From: Bugula neritina
Lineage: Eukaryota; Animalia; Bryozoa
Assembly (NCBI GenBank): GCA_964035545.1
Contig: OZ037771.1
Span: 257,428 to 321,427 of the forward strand
Length of the DNA: 64,000 nt
Direction: 5' to 3'
Part shown: piece by piece, positions 62,888 through 64,000 of the stretch
How positions within the stretch are numbered: the first letter of the stretch is position 1
Layout of the letters: every line of letters starts with the position of its first letter
The notes under the pieces: generated by a model
The model's input: only the letters and a program-made list of their open reading frames with translations
Database searches by the model: none
What the model was told of the DNA's origin: nothing
Made by a program: the position numbers and the translations under genes

Positions 62888-64000
62888 TGCTCAGCCTAGT
62901 ATCAAAATACAAACTAAATACTTAACAGTTTTGTATATCAATCTATAGAGTCACAATTGAAGATTATGGTTATCGCTTTCATTATTATGACTATTAGTAT
63001 AAGTGTGACAGTGTAACTACAAAATCAACTGCTATATTTTAAAGGTTATTAATAAAACCACAAGTACAACTGTTACTATAGCCACAGGTACTATAATTAT
63101 AGTTTATAATTAATACCATACCACATCAGAATTTTATTATTAATTTTATTTGTTATAGTTATGACAAAAATATCTGGAGCTGTTTATTAATGAAGATGAA
63201 CTAACAACAAAAACTATAAACACAAATAGAAGGGTAAGTGCCTTAGGTTTAGTACAACTACAATCATTAAAAGTACTAATGCTAATAGTAATACTAATAG
63301 TTATAGTAAAACCAACTGTCTCAGTAAGTATGACTATCAGTCACTCAGTATCACTATCAGTATCAGTATGAGACTGAATTTGAGTATCACTTCCAGTATT
63401 ACATTTACAGTAATTTTAAAACCCAAATAACTAAAACTAAAAGTAAAACTAAATGTATTTCTTATTTATGTAATCACTTTACTGTAATCAGTAATGGCAT
63501 TTACTATTTTACTAATACTCATACTGAAAATTGTACTGTAACAGTAATACTACTAACAGTAATACTAAACTTAGTCTTGAAGTTAATGTTCTTGATTGAT
63601 TAATGCTCTTGAGTAATTAAATAGTAGTAACTTTGCTCCTTAAAATTAAATATATTTAATTTTATATTCACTTTATATTAATACTGCAAAGCAAAAATTG
63701 TACGCTACCGCAGGATAAGGTGTAAAGTAGCTCCTTCTGGACTTTTATATTTAGATAGGTAAGCTGTATTACTATCAATGTGAGTGTCAGTATCAAATTC
63801 AATATGAGTATCGCCTGTAGGCTGTAACACTAACAGTGACTGTTACTGTAAGTGAGTGTCTGTACTACAAATTAAACTACACTCGAAACTAAATATAATA
63901 TAGCCCGAAAAAGCTTCACTGCAGACGACCTTTCAGTTCTGCAATTATTGGGACTTTACCACAGTGTGTGTATGTGTGTGTAAGCCTTTCCTAAACCGTT

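Overview
Gene-dense, AT-rich invertebrate (metazoan) genomic window. Ten spliced protein-coding genes can be assembled by hand with consistent intron phases: a GCKIII kinase (STK24/25/26), TBPL1/TRF2, PRKX, a probable MIS12, SUPT7L, a divergent Rap2-like GTPase, two tandem CD225/dispanin (IFITM/PRRT-like) paralogues, CWC15, and an NHL-repeat type I membrane protein nested antisense in CWC15 intron 3. The left end holds a convergent array of tRNA-like A/B-box units at ~150-bp spacing and an RTE-like LINE RT fragment. The dominant unexplained signal is that about 40 of 56 coding introns (hand count) carry a private minisatellite, usually anchored at a splice site. In several cases the repeat unit is a copy of the exon-intron junction itself, giving arrays of decoy or AG|GT splice sites. 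The duplicated dispanin locus shows that these arrays change copy number very quickly. Housekeeping-gene 5' ends instead carry a hexamer-periodic AT-rich texture. Most long ORFs in the supplied track are repeat artefacts. All gene names come from recalled motif similarity, not from database searches, and repeat copy numbers are approximate.
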